Below are positions 7,801-22,800 of a stretch of 64,000 nt of DNA, piece after piece. The stretch comes from Eledone cirrhosa (lineage: Eukaryota). A program made the position numbers and the translations under genes. The stretch covers positions 22,568,001-22,632,000 of the forward strand of contig OZ024741.1 of the NCBI GenBank assembly GCA_964016885.1, written 5' to 3'. The notes under the pieces were generated by a model. That model was not told the origin of the DNA. It ran no database searches and saw only the letters and a list, made by a program, of their open reading frames with translations. How positions within the stretch are numbered: the stretch's first letter is position 1; every line of letters begins with the position of its first letter.

Positions 7801-10800
7801 AAGTTGTTGACCTACAACAGTCCTACATGTCCTTGGTAAGATGACAGTATACTAGTGAAGTTGTTGACCTACAGCAGTCCTACATATCCTTGGTAAGATG
7901 ACAGTCTACTAGTGAAGCTGTTTACCTACAACAGTCTTACATGTCCTTGGTAAGATGACAGTCTACTAGTGAAGTTGTTGACCTACAGCAGTCCTACATG
8001 TCCTTGGTAAGATGACAGTCTACTAGTGAAGCTATTGACCTACAACAGTCCTACATATCCTTGGTAAGATGACAGTCTACTAGTGAAGCTGTTGACCTAC
8101 AACAGTCCTACATACATGTCCTTGGTAAGATGACAGTCTACTAGTGAAGCTGTTGACCTACAACAGTCCTACATGTCCTTGGTAAGATGACAGTCTACTA
8201 GTGAAGATGTTGACCTACAACGGTCCTACATATACTTGGTAAGATGACAGTCTACTAGTGAAGTTGTTGGCCTACAACAGTCCTACATGTCCTTGGTAAG
8301 ATGACAGTCTACTAGTGAAGCTGTTGACCTACAACAGTCCTACATGTCCTTGGTAAGATGACAGTCTACTAGTGAAGTTGTTGACCTACAACGGTCCTAC
8401 ATATACTTGGTAAGATGACAGTCTACTAGTGAAGTTGTTGGCCTACAACAGTCCTACATATCCTTGGTAAGATGACAGTCTACTAGTGAAGTTGTTGACC
8501 TACAACAGTCCTACATATCCTTGGTAAGATGACAGTCTACTAGTGAAGTTGTTGACCTACAACAGTCCTACATATCCTTGGTAAGATGACAGTCTACTAG
8601 TGAAGTTGTTGACCTACAACAGTCCTACATATCCTTGGTAAGATGACAGTCTATTAGTGAAGTTGTTGACCTACAACAGTCCTACATATCCTTGGTAAGA
8701 TGACAGTCTACTAGTGAAGATGTTGACCTACAACAGTCCTACATATCCTTGGTAAGATGACAGTCTACTAGTGAAGCTGTTGACCTCCAACAGTCCTACA
8801 TATCCTTGGTAAGATGACAGTCTACTAGTGAAGTTGTTGACCTACAACAGTCCTACATATCCTTGGTAAGATGACAGTCTACTAGTGCAGTTGTTGACCT
8901 ACAACAGTCCTACATATCCTTGGTAAGATGACAGTCTACTAGTGAATCTGTTGACCTACAACAGTCCTACATATCCTTGGTAAGATGACAGTCTACTAGT
9001 GAAGCTGTTGACCTACAACAGTCCTACATATCCTTGGTAAGATGACAGTCTACTAGTGAAGCTGTTGACCTACAACAGTCCTACATATCCTTGGTAAGGT
9101 AACAGTCTACTAGTGAAGTTGTTGACCTATGCAGTCCTACATATCCTTGGTAAGATGACAGTCTACTAGTGAAGTTGTTGACCTACAGTAGTCCTACATA
9201 TCCTTGGTAAGATGACAGTCTACTAGTGAAGTTGTTGACCTACAGTAGTCCTACATATCCTTGGTAAGATGACAGTCTACTAGTGAAGTTGTTGACCTAC
9301 AACAGTCCTACATATCCTTGGTAAGATGACAGTCTACTAGTGAAGTTGTTGACCTACAACAGTCCTACATATCCTTGGTAAGATAACAGTCTACTAGTGA
9401 AGTTGTTGACCTACAGTAGTCCTACATATCCTTGGTAAGATGACAGTCTACTAGTGAAGTTGTTGACCTACAACAGTCCTACATGTCCTTGGTAAGATGA
9501 CAGGCTACTAGTGAAGTTGTTGACCTATAACAGTCCTACATATCCTTGGTAAGATGACAGTCTACTAGTGAAGTTGTTGACTTACAACAGTCCTACATAT
9601 CCTTGGTAAGATGACAGTCTACTAGTGAAGTTGTTGACCTACAGCAGTCCTACAAATCCTTGGTAAGATGACAGTCTACTAGTGAAGTTGTTGACATACA
9701 GCAGTCCTACATATCCTTGGCAAGATGACAGTCTACTAGTGAAGTTGACCTACAACAGTCCTACATGTCCTTGGTAAGATGACAGTCTACTAGTGAAGTT
9801 GTTGACCTACAACAGTCCTACATATCCTTGGTAAGATGACAGTCTACTAGTTAAGTTGTTGACCTACAACAGTCCTACATGTCCTTGGTAAGATGACAGT
9901 ATACTAGTGAAGTTGTTGACCTACAGCAGTCCTACATATCCTTGGTAAGATGACAGTCTACTAGTGAAGCTGTTTACCTACAACAGTCTTACATGTCCTT
10001 GGTAAGATGACAGTCTACTAGTGAAGTTGTTGACCTACAGCAGTCCTACATGTCCTTGGTAAGATGACAGTCTACTAGTGAAGCTATTGACCTACAACAG
10101 TCCTACATATCCTTGGTAAGATGACAGTCTACTAGTGAAGCTGTTGACCTACAACAGTCCTACATACATGTCCTTGGTAAGATGACAGTCTACTAGTGAA
10201 GCTGTTGACCTACAACAGTCCTACATGTCCTTGGTAAGATGACAGTCTACTAGTGAAGATGTTGACCTACAACGGTCCTACATATACTTGGTAAGATGAC
10301 AGTCTACTAGTGAAGTTGTTGGCCTACAACAGTCCTACATGTCCTTGGTAAGATGACAGTCTACTAGTGAAGCTGTTGACCTACAACAGTCCTACATGTC
10401 CTTGGTAAGATGACAGTCTACTAGTGAAGTTGTTGACCTACAACGGTCCTACATATACTTGGTAAGATGACAGTCTACTAGTGAAGTTGTTGGCCTACAA
10501 CAGTCTTACATATCCTTGGTAAGATGACAGTCTACTAGTGAAGTTGTTGACCTACAACAGTCCTACATATCCTTGGTAAGATGACAGTCTACTAGTGAAG
10601 TTGTTGACCTACAACAGTCCTACATATCCTTGGTAAGATGACAGTCTACTAGTGAAGTTGTTGACCTACAACAGTCCTACATATCCTTGGTAAGATGACA
10701 GTCTATTAGTGAAGTTGTTGACCTACAACAGTCCTACATATCCTTGGTAAGATGACAGTCTACTAGTGAAGTTGTTGACCTACAACAGTCCTACATATCC

Positions 10801-13800
10801 TTGGTAAGATGACAGTCTACTAGTGAAGCTGTTGACCTACAACAGTCCTACATATCCTTGGTAAGATGACAGTCTACTAGTGAAGTTGTTGACCTACAAC
10901 AGTCCTACATATCCTTGGTAAGATGACAGTCTACTAGTGCAGTTGTTGACCTACAACAGTCCTACATATTCTTGGTAAGATGACAGTCTACTAGTGAAGC
11001 TGTTGACCTACAACAGTCCTACATATCCTTGGTAAGGTAACAGTCTACTAGTGAAGTTGTTGACCTACAGCAGTCCTACATATCCTTGGTAAGATGACAG
11101 TCTACTAGTGAAGTTGTTGACCTACAGTAGTCCTACATATCCTTGGTAAGATGACAGTCTACTAGTGAAGTTGTTGACCTACAGTAGTCCTACATATCCT
11201 TGGTAAGATGACAGTCTACTAGTGAAGTTGTTGACCTACAACAGCCCTACATATCCTTGGTAAGATGACAGTCTACTAGTGAAGTTGTTGACCTACAACA
11301 GTCCTACATATCCTTGGTAAGATAACAGTCTACTAGTGAAGTTGTTGACCTACAGTAGTCCTACATATACTTGGTAAGATGACAGTCTACTAGTGAAGTT
11401 GTTGACCTACAACAGTCCTACATATCCTTGGTAAGATAACAGTCTACTAGTGAAGTTGTTGACCTACAGTAGTCCTACATATCCTTGGTAAGATGACAGT
11501 CTACTAGTGAAGTTGTTGACCTACAACAGTCCTACATGTCCTTGGTAAGATGACAGGCTACTAGTGAAGTTGTTGACCTATAACAGTCCTACATATCCTT
11601 GGTAAGATGACAGTCTACTAGTGAAGTTGTTGACTTACAACAGTCCTACATATCCTTGGTAAGATGACAGTCTACTAGTGAAGTTGTTGACCTACAACAG
11701 TCCTACATATCCTTGGTAAGATGACAGTCTACTAGTGAATTTGTTGACCTACAGCAGTCCAACATATCCTTGGTAAGATGACAGTCTACTAGTGAAGTTG
11801 TTGACCTACAGCAGTCCTACATGTCCTTGGTAAGATGACAGTCTACTAGTGAAGTTGTTGACCTACAGCAGTCCTACAAATCCTTGGTAAGATGACAGTC
11901 TACTAGTGAAGTTGTTGACATACAGCAGTCCTACATATCCTTGGTAAGATGACAGTCTACTAGTGAAGTTGACCTACAACAGTCCTACATGTCCTTGGTA
12001 AGATGACAGTCTACTAGTGAAGTTGTTGACCTACAACAGTCCTACATATCCTTGGTAAGATGACAGTCTACTAGTTAAGTTGTTGACCTACAACAGTCCT
12101 ACATGTCCTTGGTAAGATGACAGTCTACTAGTGAAGTTGTTGAGCTACAGATGTCCTACATATCCTTGGTAAGATGACAGTCTACTAGTGAAGCTGTTTA
12201 CCTACAACAGTCTTACATGTCCTTGGTAAGATGACAGTCTACTAGTGAAGTTGTTGACCTACAGCAGTCCTACATATCCTTGGTAAGATGACAGTCTACT
12301 AGTGAAGCTGTTTACCTACAACAGTCTTACATGTCCTTGGTAAGATGACAGTCTACTAGTGAAGCTGTTGACCTACAACAGTCCTACATACATGTCCTTG
12401 GTAAGATGACAGTCTACTAGTGAAGCTGTTGACCTACAACAGTCCTACATGTCCTTGGTAAGATGACAGTCTACTAGTGAAGATGTTGACCTACAACGGT
12501 CCTACATATACTTGGTAAGATGACAGTCTACTAGTGAAGTTGTTGGCCTACAACAGTCCTACATGTCCTTGGTAAGATGACAGTCTACTAGTGAAGCTGT
12601 TGACCTACAACAGTCCTACATGTCCTTGGTAAGATGACAGTCTACTAGTGAAGTTGTTGACCTACAACGGTCCTACATATACTTGGTAAGATGACAGTCT
12701 ACTAGTGAAGTTGTTGGCCTACAACAGTCTTACATATCCTTGGTAAGATGACAGTCTACTAGTGAAGTTGTTGACCTACAACAGTCCTACATATCCTTGG
12801 TAAGATGACAGTCTACTAGTGAAGTTGTTGACCTACAACAGTCCTACATATCCTTGGTAAGATGACAGTCTACTAGTGAAGTTGTTGACCTACAACAGTC
12901 CTACATATCCTTGGTAAGATGACAGTCTATTAGTGAAGCTGTTGACCTACAACAGTCCTACATATCCTTGGTAAGATGACAGTCTACTAGTGAAGTTGTT
13001 GACCTACAACAGTCCTACATATCCTTGGTAAGATGACAGTTTACTAGTGAAGCTGTTGACCTACAACAGTCCTACATATCCTTGGTAAGATGACAGTCTA
13101 CTAGTGAAGTTGTTGACCTACAACAGTCCTACATATCCTTGGTAAGATGACAGTCTACTAGTGCAGTTGTTGACCTACAACAGTCCTACATATTCTTGGT
13201 AAGATGACAGTCTACTAGTGAAGCTGTTGACCTACAACAGTCCTACATATCCTTGGTAAGGTAACAGTCTACTAGTGAAGTTGTTGACCTACAGCAGTCC
13301 TACATATCCTTGGTAAGATGACAGTCTACTAGTGAAGTTGTTGACCTACAGTAGTCCTACATATCCTTGGTAACATGACAGTCTACTAGTGAAGTTGTTG
13401 ACCTACAGTAGTCCTACATATCCTTGGTAAGATGACAGTCTACTAGTGAAGTTGTTGACCTACAACAGCCCTACATATCCTTGGTAAGATGACAGTCTAC
13501 TAGTGAAGTTGTTGACCTACAACAGTCCTACATATCCTTGGTAAGATAACAGTCTACTAGTGAAGTTGTTGACCTACAGTAGTCCTACATATCCTTGGTA
13601 AGATGACAGTCTACTAGTGAAGTTGTTGACCTACAACAGTCCTACATGTCCTTGGTAAGATGACAGGCTACTAGTGAAGTTGTTGACCTATAACAGTCCT
13701 ACATGTCCTTGGTAAGATGACAGTCTACTAGTGAAGTTGTTGACTTACAACAGTCCTACATATCCTTGGTAAGATGACAGTCTACTAGTGAAGTTGTTGA

Positions 13801-16800
13801 CCGACAACAGTCCTACATATCCTTGGTAAGATGACAGTCTACTAGTGAATTTGTTGACCTACAGCAGTCCAACATATCCTTGGTAAGATGACAGTCTACT
13901 AGTGAAGTTGTTGACCTACAGTAGTCCTACATGTCCTTGGTAAGATGACAGTCTACTAGTGAAGTTGTTGACCTACAGCAGTCCTACATATCCTTGGTAA
14001 GATGACAGTCTACTAGTGAAGCTGTTTACCTACAACAGTCTTACATGTCCTTGGTAAGATGACAGTCTACTAGTGAAGTTGTTGACCTACAGCAGTCCTA
14101 CATGTCCTTGGTAAGATGACAGTCTACTAGTGAAGCTGTTGACCTACAACAGTCCTACATATCCTTGGTAAGATGACAGTCTACTAGTGAAGCTGTTGAC
14201 CTACAACAGTCCTACATGTCCTTGGTAAGATGACAGTCTACTAGTGCAGTTGTTGACCTACAACAGTCCTACATGTCCTTGGTAAGATGACAGGCTACTA
14301 GTGAAGTTGTTGACCTATAACAGTCCTACATATCCTTGGTAAGATGACAGTCTACTAGTGAAGTTGTTGACTTACAACAGTCCTACATATCCTTGGTAAG
14401 ATGACAGTCTACTAGTGAAGTTGTTGACCTACAACAGTCCTACATATCCTTGGTAAGATGACAGTCTACTAGTGAATTTGTTGACCTACAGCAGTCCAAC
14501 ATATCCTTGGTAAGATGACAGTCTACTAGTGAAGTTGTTGACCTACAGCAGTCCTACATGTCCTTGGTAAGATGACAGTCTACTAGTGAAGTTGTTGAGC
14601 TACAACAGTCCTACATATCCTTGGTAAGATGACAGTCTACTAGTGAAGTTGTTGACCTACAGCAGTCCTACAAATCCTTGGTAAGATGACAGTCTACTAG
14701 TGAAGTTGTTGACATACAGCAGTCCTACATATCCTTGGTAAGATGACAGTCTACTAGTGAAGTTGACCTACAACAGTCCTACATGTCCTTGGTAAGATGA
14801 CAGTCTACTAGTGAAGTTGTTGACCTACAACAGTCCTACATATCCTTGGTAAGATGACAGTCTACTAGTTAAGTTGTTGACCTACAACAGTCCTACATGT
14901 CCTTGGTAAGATGACAGTCTACTAGTGAAGTTGTTGACCTACAGCAGTCCTACATATCCTTGGTAAGATGACAGTCTACTAGTGAAGCTGTTTACCTACA
15001 ACAGTCTTACATGTCCTTGGTAAGATGACAGTCTACTAGTGAAGTTGTTGACCTACAGCAGTCCTACATATCCTTGGTAAGATGACAGTCTACTAGTGAA
15101 GTTGTTGAGCTACAACAGTCCTACATATCCTTGGTAAGATGACAGTCTACTAGTGAAGTTGTTGACCTACAGCAGTCCTACAAATCCTTGGTAAGATGAC
15201 AGTCTGCTAGTGAAGTTGTTGACATACAGCAGTCCTACATATCCTTGGTAAGATGACAGTCTACTAGTGAAGTTGACCTACAACAGTCCTACATGTCCTT
15301 GGTAAGATGACAGTCTACTAGTGAAGTTGTTGACCTACAACAGTCCTACATATCCTTGGTAAGATGACAGTCTACTAGTGAAGTTGTTGACCTACAACAG
15401 TCCTACATATCCTTGGTAAGATGACAGTCTACTAGTGAAGCTGTTGACCTACAACAGTCCTACATATCCTTGGTAAGATGACAGTCTACTAGTGAAGTTG
15501 TTGACCTACAACAGTCCTACATATCCTTGGTAAGATGACAGTCTACTAGTGCAGTTGTTGACCTACAACAGTCCTACATATTCTTGGTAAGATGACAGTC
15601 TACTAGTGAAGCTGTTGACCTACAACAGTCCTACATATCCTTGGTAAGGTAACAGTCTACTAGTGAAGTTGTTGACCTACAGCAGTCCTACATATCCTTG
15701 GTAAGATGACAGTCTACTAGTGAAGTTGTTGACCTACAGTAGTCCTACATATCCTTGGTAAGATGACAGTCTACTAGTGAAGTTGTTGACCTACAGTAGT
15801 CCTACATATCCTTGGTAAGATGACAGTCTACTAGTGAAGTTGTTGACCTACAACAGCCCTACATATCCTTGGTAAGATGACAGTCTACTAGTGAAGTTGT
15901 TGACCTACAACAGTCCTACATATCCTTGGTAAGATAACAGTCTACTAGTGAAGTTGTTGACCTACAGTAGTCCTACATATCCTTGGTAAGATGACAGTCT
16001 ACTAGTGAAGTTGTTGACCTACAACAGTCCTACATGTCCTTGGTAAGATGACAGGCTACTAGTGAAGTTGTTGACCTATAACAGTCCTACATGTCCTTGG
16101 TAAGATGACAGTCTACTAGTGAAGTTGTTGACTTACAACAGTCCTACATATCCTTGGTAAGATGACAGTCTACTAGTGAAGTTGTTGACCTACAACAGTC
16201 CTACATATCCTTGGTAAGATGACAGTCTACTAGTGAATTTGTTGACCTACAGCAGTCCAACATATCCTTGGTAAGATGACAGTCTACTAGTGAAGTTGTT
16301 GACCTACAGTAGTCCTACATGTCCTTGGTAAGATGACAGTCTACTAGTGAAGTTGTTGACCTACAGCAGTCCTACATATCCTTGGTAAGATGACAGTCTA
16401 CTAGTGAAGCTGTTTACCTACAACAGTCTTACATGTCCTTGGTAAGATGACAGTCTACTAGTGAAGTTGTTGACCTACAGCAGTCCTACATGTCCTTGGT
16501 AAGATGACAGTCTACTAGTGAAGCTGTTGACCTACAACAGTCCTACATATCCTTGGTAAGATGACAGTCTACTAGTGAAGCTGTTGACCTACAACAGTCC
16601 TACATGTCCTTGGTAAGATGACAGTCTACTAGTGCAGTTGTTGACCTACAGTAGTCCTACATATCCTTGGTAAGATGACAGTCTACTAGTGAAGTTGTTG
16701 ACCTACAACAGTCCTACATGTCCTTGGTAAGATGACAGGCTACTAGTGAAGTTGTTGACCTACAGCAGTCCAACATATCCTTGGTAAGATGACAGTCTAC

Positions 16801-19800
16801 TAGTGAAGTTGTTGACCTACAGTAGTCCTACATGTCCTTGGTAAGATGACAGTCTACTAGTGAAGTTGTTGACCTACAGCAGTCCTACATATCCTTGGTA
16901 AGATGACAGTATACTAGTGAAGTTGTTGACCTAGAGCAGTCCTACATATCCTTGGTAAGATGACAGTCTACTAGTGAAGCTGTTTACCTACAACAGTCTT
17001 ACATGTCCTTGGTAAGATGACAGTCTACTAGTGAAGTTGTTGACATACAGCAGTCCTACATGTCCTTGGTAAGATGACAGTCTACTAGTGAAGCTGTTGA
17101 CCTACAACAGTCCTACATATCCTTGGTAAGATGACAGTCTACTAGTGAAGCTGTTGACCTAAAACAGTCCTACATGTCATTGGTAAGATAACAGTCTACT
17201 AGTGAAGTTGTTGACCTACAACAGTCCTACATATCCTTGGTAAGATGACAGTCTACTAGTGAAGCTGTTGATCTACAACAGTCCTACATGTCCTTGGTAA
17301 GATGACAGTCTACTACTGAAGTTGTTGACCTACAACGGTCCTACATATACTTGGTAAGATGACAGTCTATTAGTGAAGTTGTTGACCTACAACAGTCCTA
17401 CATATCCTTGGTAAGATGACAGTCTACTAGTGAAGTTGTTGACCTACAACAGTCCTACATATCCTTGGTAAGATGACAGTCTACTAGTGAAGCTGTTGAC
17501 CTACAACAGTCCTACATATCCTTGGTAAGATGACAGTCTACTAGTGAAGTTGTTGACCTACAACAGTACTACATATCCTTGGTAAGTTGACAGTCTACTA
17601 GTGAAGTTGTTGACCTACAACAGTCCTACATATCCTTGGTAAGATGACAGTCTATTAGTGAAGTTGTTGACCTACAACAGTCCTACATATCCTTGGTAAG
17701 ATGACAGTCTACTAGTGAAGCTGTTGACCTACAACAGTCCTACATATCCATGGTAAGATGACAGTCTACTAGTGAAGCTGTTGACTTACAACAGTCCTAC
17801 ATATCCTTGGTAAGGTAACAGTCTACTAGTGAAGTTGTTGACCTACAGCAGTCCTACATATCCTTGGTAAGATGACAGTCTACTAGTGAAGTTGTTGACC
17901 TACAGTAGTCCTACATATCCTTGGTAAGATGACAGTCTACTAGTGAAGTTGTTGACCTACAGTAGTCCTACATATCCTTGGTAAGATGACAGTTTACTAG
18001 TGAAGTTGTTGACCTACAACAGTCCTACATATCCTTGGTAAGATGACAGTCTACTAGTGAAGTAGTTGACCTACAACAGTCCTACATATCCTTGGTAAGA
18101 TAACAGTCTACTAGTGAAGTTGTTGACCTACAGTAGTCCTACATATCCTTGGTAAGATGACAGTCTACTAGTGAAGTTGTTGACCTACAACAGTCCTACA
18201 TGTCCTTGGTAAGATGACAGTCTACTAGTGAAGTTGTTGACCTATAACAGTCCTACATATCCTTGGTAAGATGACAGTCAACTAGTGAAGTTGTTGACCT
18301 ACAACAGTCCTATATATCCTTGGTAAGATGACAGTCTACTAGTGAAGTTGTTGACCTACAACAGTCCTACATATCCTTGGTAAGATGACAGTCTACTAGT
18401 GAATTTGTTGACCTACAGCAGTCCAACATATCCTTGGTAAGATGACAGTCTACTAGTGAATTTGTTGACCTACAGTAGTCCTACATGTCCTTGGTAAGAT
18501 GACAGTCTACTAGTGAAGTTGTTGACCTACAGCAGTCCTACATATCCTTGGTAAAATGACAGTATACTAGTGAAGTTGTTGACCTACAGCAGTCCCACAT
18601 ATCCTTGGTAAGATGACAGTCTACTAGTGAAGTTGTTGACCTACAACAGTCGTACATATCCTTGGTAAGATGACAGTCTACTAGTGAAGTTGTTGACCTA
18701 CAACAGTCGTACATATCCTTGGTAAGATGACAGTCTACTAGTGAAGTTGTTGACCTACAGCAGTCCTACATATCCTTGGTAAGATGACAGTCTACTAGTG
18801 AATTTGTTGACCTACAGCAGTCCAACATATCCTTGGTAAGATGACAGTCTACTAGTGAAGTTGTTGACCTACAGCAGTCCTACATGTCCTTGGTAAGATG
18901 ACAGTCTACTAGTGAAGTTGTTGACCTACAACAGTCCTACATATCCTTGGTAAGATGACAGTCTACTAGTGAAGTTGTTGACCTACAGCAGTCCTACAAA
19001 TCCTTGGTAAGATGACAGTCTACTAGTGAAGTTGTTGACCTACAGCAGTCCTACATATCCTTGGTAAGATGACAGTCTACTAGTGAAGTTGACCTACAAC
19101 AGTCCTACATGTCCTTAGTAAGATGACAGTCTACTAGTGAAGTTGTTGACCTACAGCAGTCCTACATGTCCTTGGTAAGATGACAGTCTACTAGTGAAGC
19201 TGTTGACCTACAACAGTCCTACATGTCCTTGGTAAGATGACAGTCTACTAGTGAAGCTGTTGACCTACAACAGTCCTACATATACTTGGTAAGATGACAG
19301 TCTACTAGTTAAATTGTTGACCCACAACAGTCCTACATGTCCTTGGTAAGATGACAGTCTACTAGTGAAGTTGTTGACCTACAACAGTCTTACATGTCCT
19401 TGGTAAGATGACAGTCTACTAGTGAAGTTGTTGACCTACAGCAGTCCTACATGTCCTTGGTAAGATGACAGTCTACTAGTGAAGCTGTTGACCCACAACA
19501 GTCCTACATATCCTTGATAAGATGACAGTCTACTAGTGAAGCTGTTGACCTACAACAGTCCTACATGTCCTTGGTAAGATGACAGTCTACTAGTGAAGTT
19601 GTTGACCTACAACAGTCCTACATATCCTTGGTAAGATGACAGTCTACTAGTGAAGTTGTTGACCTACAACAGTCCTACATATCCTTGGTAAGATGACAGT
19701 CTACTAGTGAAGCTGTTGATCTACAACAGTCCTACATATCCTTGGTAAGATGACAGTCTACTAGTGAAGCTATTGACCTACAACAGTCCTACATATCCTT

Positions 19801-22800
19801 GGTAAGATGACAGTCTACTAGTGAAGTTGTTGACCTACAACAGTCCTACATATCCTTGGTAAGATGACAGTCTACTAGTGAAGCCGTTGACCTACAACAG
19901 TCCTACATATCCTTGGTAAGATGACAGTCTACTAGTGAAGCTGTTGACCTACAACGGTCCTACATATCCTTGGTAAGGTAACAGTCTACTAGTGAAGTTG
20001 TTGACCTACAGCAGTCCAACATATCCTTGGTAAGATGACAGTCTACTAGTGAAGTTGTTGACCTACAGCAGTGCTACATGTCCTTGGTAAGATGACAGTC
20101 TACTAGTGAAGTTGTTGACCTACAACAGTCCTACATATCCTTGGTAAGATGACAGTCTACTAGTGAAGTTGTTGACCTACAGCAGTCCTACAAATCCTTG
20201 GAAAGATGACAGTCTACTAGTGAAGTTGTTGACCTACAGCAGTCCTACATGTCCTTGGTAAGATGACAGTCTACTAGTGAAGTTGACCTACAACAGTCCT
20301 ACATATCCCTGGTAAGATGACAGTCTACTGGTGAAGCTGTTGACCTACAACAGTCCTACATGTCCTTGGTAAGATGACAGTCTACTAGTGAAGTTGTTGA
20401 CCTACAACAGTCCTACATATGCTTGGTAAGATGACAGTCTACTAGTGAAGCTGTTGACCTACAACAGTCCTACATATCCTTGGTAAGATGACAGTCCATT
20501 AGTGAAGTTGTTGACCTACAGTAGTCCTACATATCCTTGGTAAGATGAGAGTCTAGTAGTGAAGTTGTTGACCTACAACAGTTCTACATATCCTTGGTAA
20601 GATGACAGTATACTAGTGAAGTTGTTGACCTATAGCAGTCCTACATATCCTTGGTAAGATGACAGTCTACTAGTGAAGCTGTTTACCTACAACAGTCTTA
20701 CATGTCCTTGGTAAGATGACAGTCTACTAGTGAAGTTGTTGACCTACAGCAGTCCTACATGTCCTTGGTAAGATGACAGTCTACTAGTGAAGCTGTTGAC
20801 CTACAACAGTCCTACATGTCCTTGGTAAGATGACAGTCTACTAGTGAAGTTGTTGACCTACAACAGTCCTACATATCCTTGGTAAGATGACAGTCTACTA
20901 GTGAAGCTGTTGACCTACAACAGTCCTACATATCCTTGGTAAGATGACAGTCCATTAGTGAAGTTGTTGACCTACAGTAGTCCTACATATCCTTGGTAAG
21001 ATGACAGTCTACTAGTGAAGTTGTTGACCTACAACAGTCCTACATATCCTTGGTAAGATGACAGTCTACTAGTGAAGTTGTTGACCTACAACAGTCCTAC
21101 ATATCCTTGGTAAGATGAGAGTCTAGTAGTGAAGTTGTTGACCTACAACAGTTCTACATATCCTTGGTAAGATGACAGTCTACTAGTGAAGTTGTTGACC
21201 TACAACAGTCCTACATATCCTTGGTAAGATGACAGTCTACTAGTGAAGCTGTTGACCTACAACAGTCCTACATATCCTTGGTAAGGTAACAGTCTACTAG
21301 TGAAGTTGTTGACCTACAGCAGTCCTACATATCCTTGATATGATGACAGTCTACTAGTGAAGTTGTTGACCTACAGTAGTCCTACATATCCTTGGTAAGA
21401 TGACAGTCTACTAGTGAATTTGTTGACCTACAGCAGTCCAACATATCCTTGGTAAGATGACAGTCTACTAGTGAAGTTGTTGACCTACAGCAGTCCTACA
21501 TGTCCTTGGTAAGATGACAGTCTACTAGTGAAGTTGTTGACCTACAACAGTCCTACATATCCTTGGTAAGATGACAGTCTACTAGTGAAGTTGTTGACCT
21601 ACAGCAGTCCTACAAATCCTTGGAAAGATGACAGTCTACTAGTGAAGTTGTTGACCTACAGCAGTCCTACATATCCTTGGTAAGATGACAGTCTACTAGT
21701 GAAGTTGACCTACAACAGTCCTACATGTCCTTGGTAAGATGACAGTCTACTAGTGAAGTTGTTGACCTACAACAGTCCTACATATCCTTGGTAAGATGAC
21801 AGTCTACTAGTGAAGCTGTTGACCTACAACAGTCCTACATATACTTGGTAAGATGACAGTCTACTAGTTAAGTTGTTGACCTACAACAGTCCTACATGTC
21901 CTTGGTAAGATGACAGTCTACTAGTGAAGTTGTTGACCTACAGCAGTCCTACATATCCTTGGTAAGATGACAGTCTACTAGTGAAGCTGTTTACCTACAA
22001 CAGTCTTACATGTCCTTGGTAAGATGACAGTCTACTAGTGAAGTTGTTGACCTACAGCAGTTCTACATGTCCTTGGTAAGATGACAGTCTACTAGTGAAG
22101 TTGTTGACCTACAACAGTCCTACATATCCTTGGTAAGATGACAGTCTACTGGTGAAGCTGTTGACCTACAACAGTCCTACATGTCCTTGGTAAGATGACA
22201 GTCTACTAGTGAAGTTGTTGACCTACAACAGTCCTACATATCCTTGGTAAGATGACAGTCTACTAGTGAAGCTGTTGACCTACAACAGTCCTACATATCC
22301 TTGGTAAGATGACAGTCCATTAGTGAAGTTGTTGACCTACAGTAGTCCTACATATCCTTGGTAAGATGACAGTCTACTAGTGAAGTTGTTGACCTACAAC
22401 AGTCCTACATATCCTTGGTAAGATGACAGTCTACTAGTGAAGTTGTTGACCTACAACAGTCCTACATATCCTTGGTAAGATGAGAGTCTATTAGTGAAGT
22501 TGTTGACCTACAACAGTCCTACATATCCTTGGTAAGATGACAGTCTACTAGTGAAGTTGTTGACCTACAACAGTCCTACATATCCTTGGTAAGATGACAG
22601 TCTACTAGTGAAGCTGTTGACCTACAACAGTCCTACATATCCTTGGTAAGATGACAGTCTACTAGTGAAGCTGTTGACCTACAACAGTCCTACATATCCT
22701 TGGTAAGGTAACAGTCTACTAGTGAAGTTGTTGACCTACAGCAGTCCTACATATCCTTGATAAGATGACAGTCTACTAGTGAAGTTGTTGACCTACAGTA

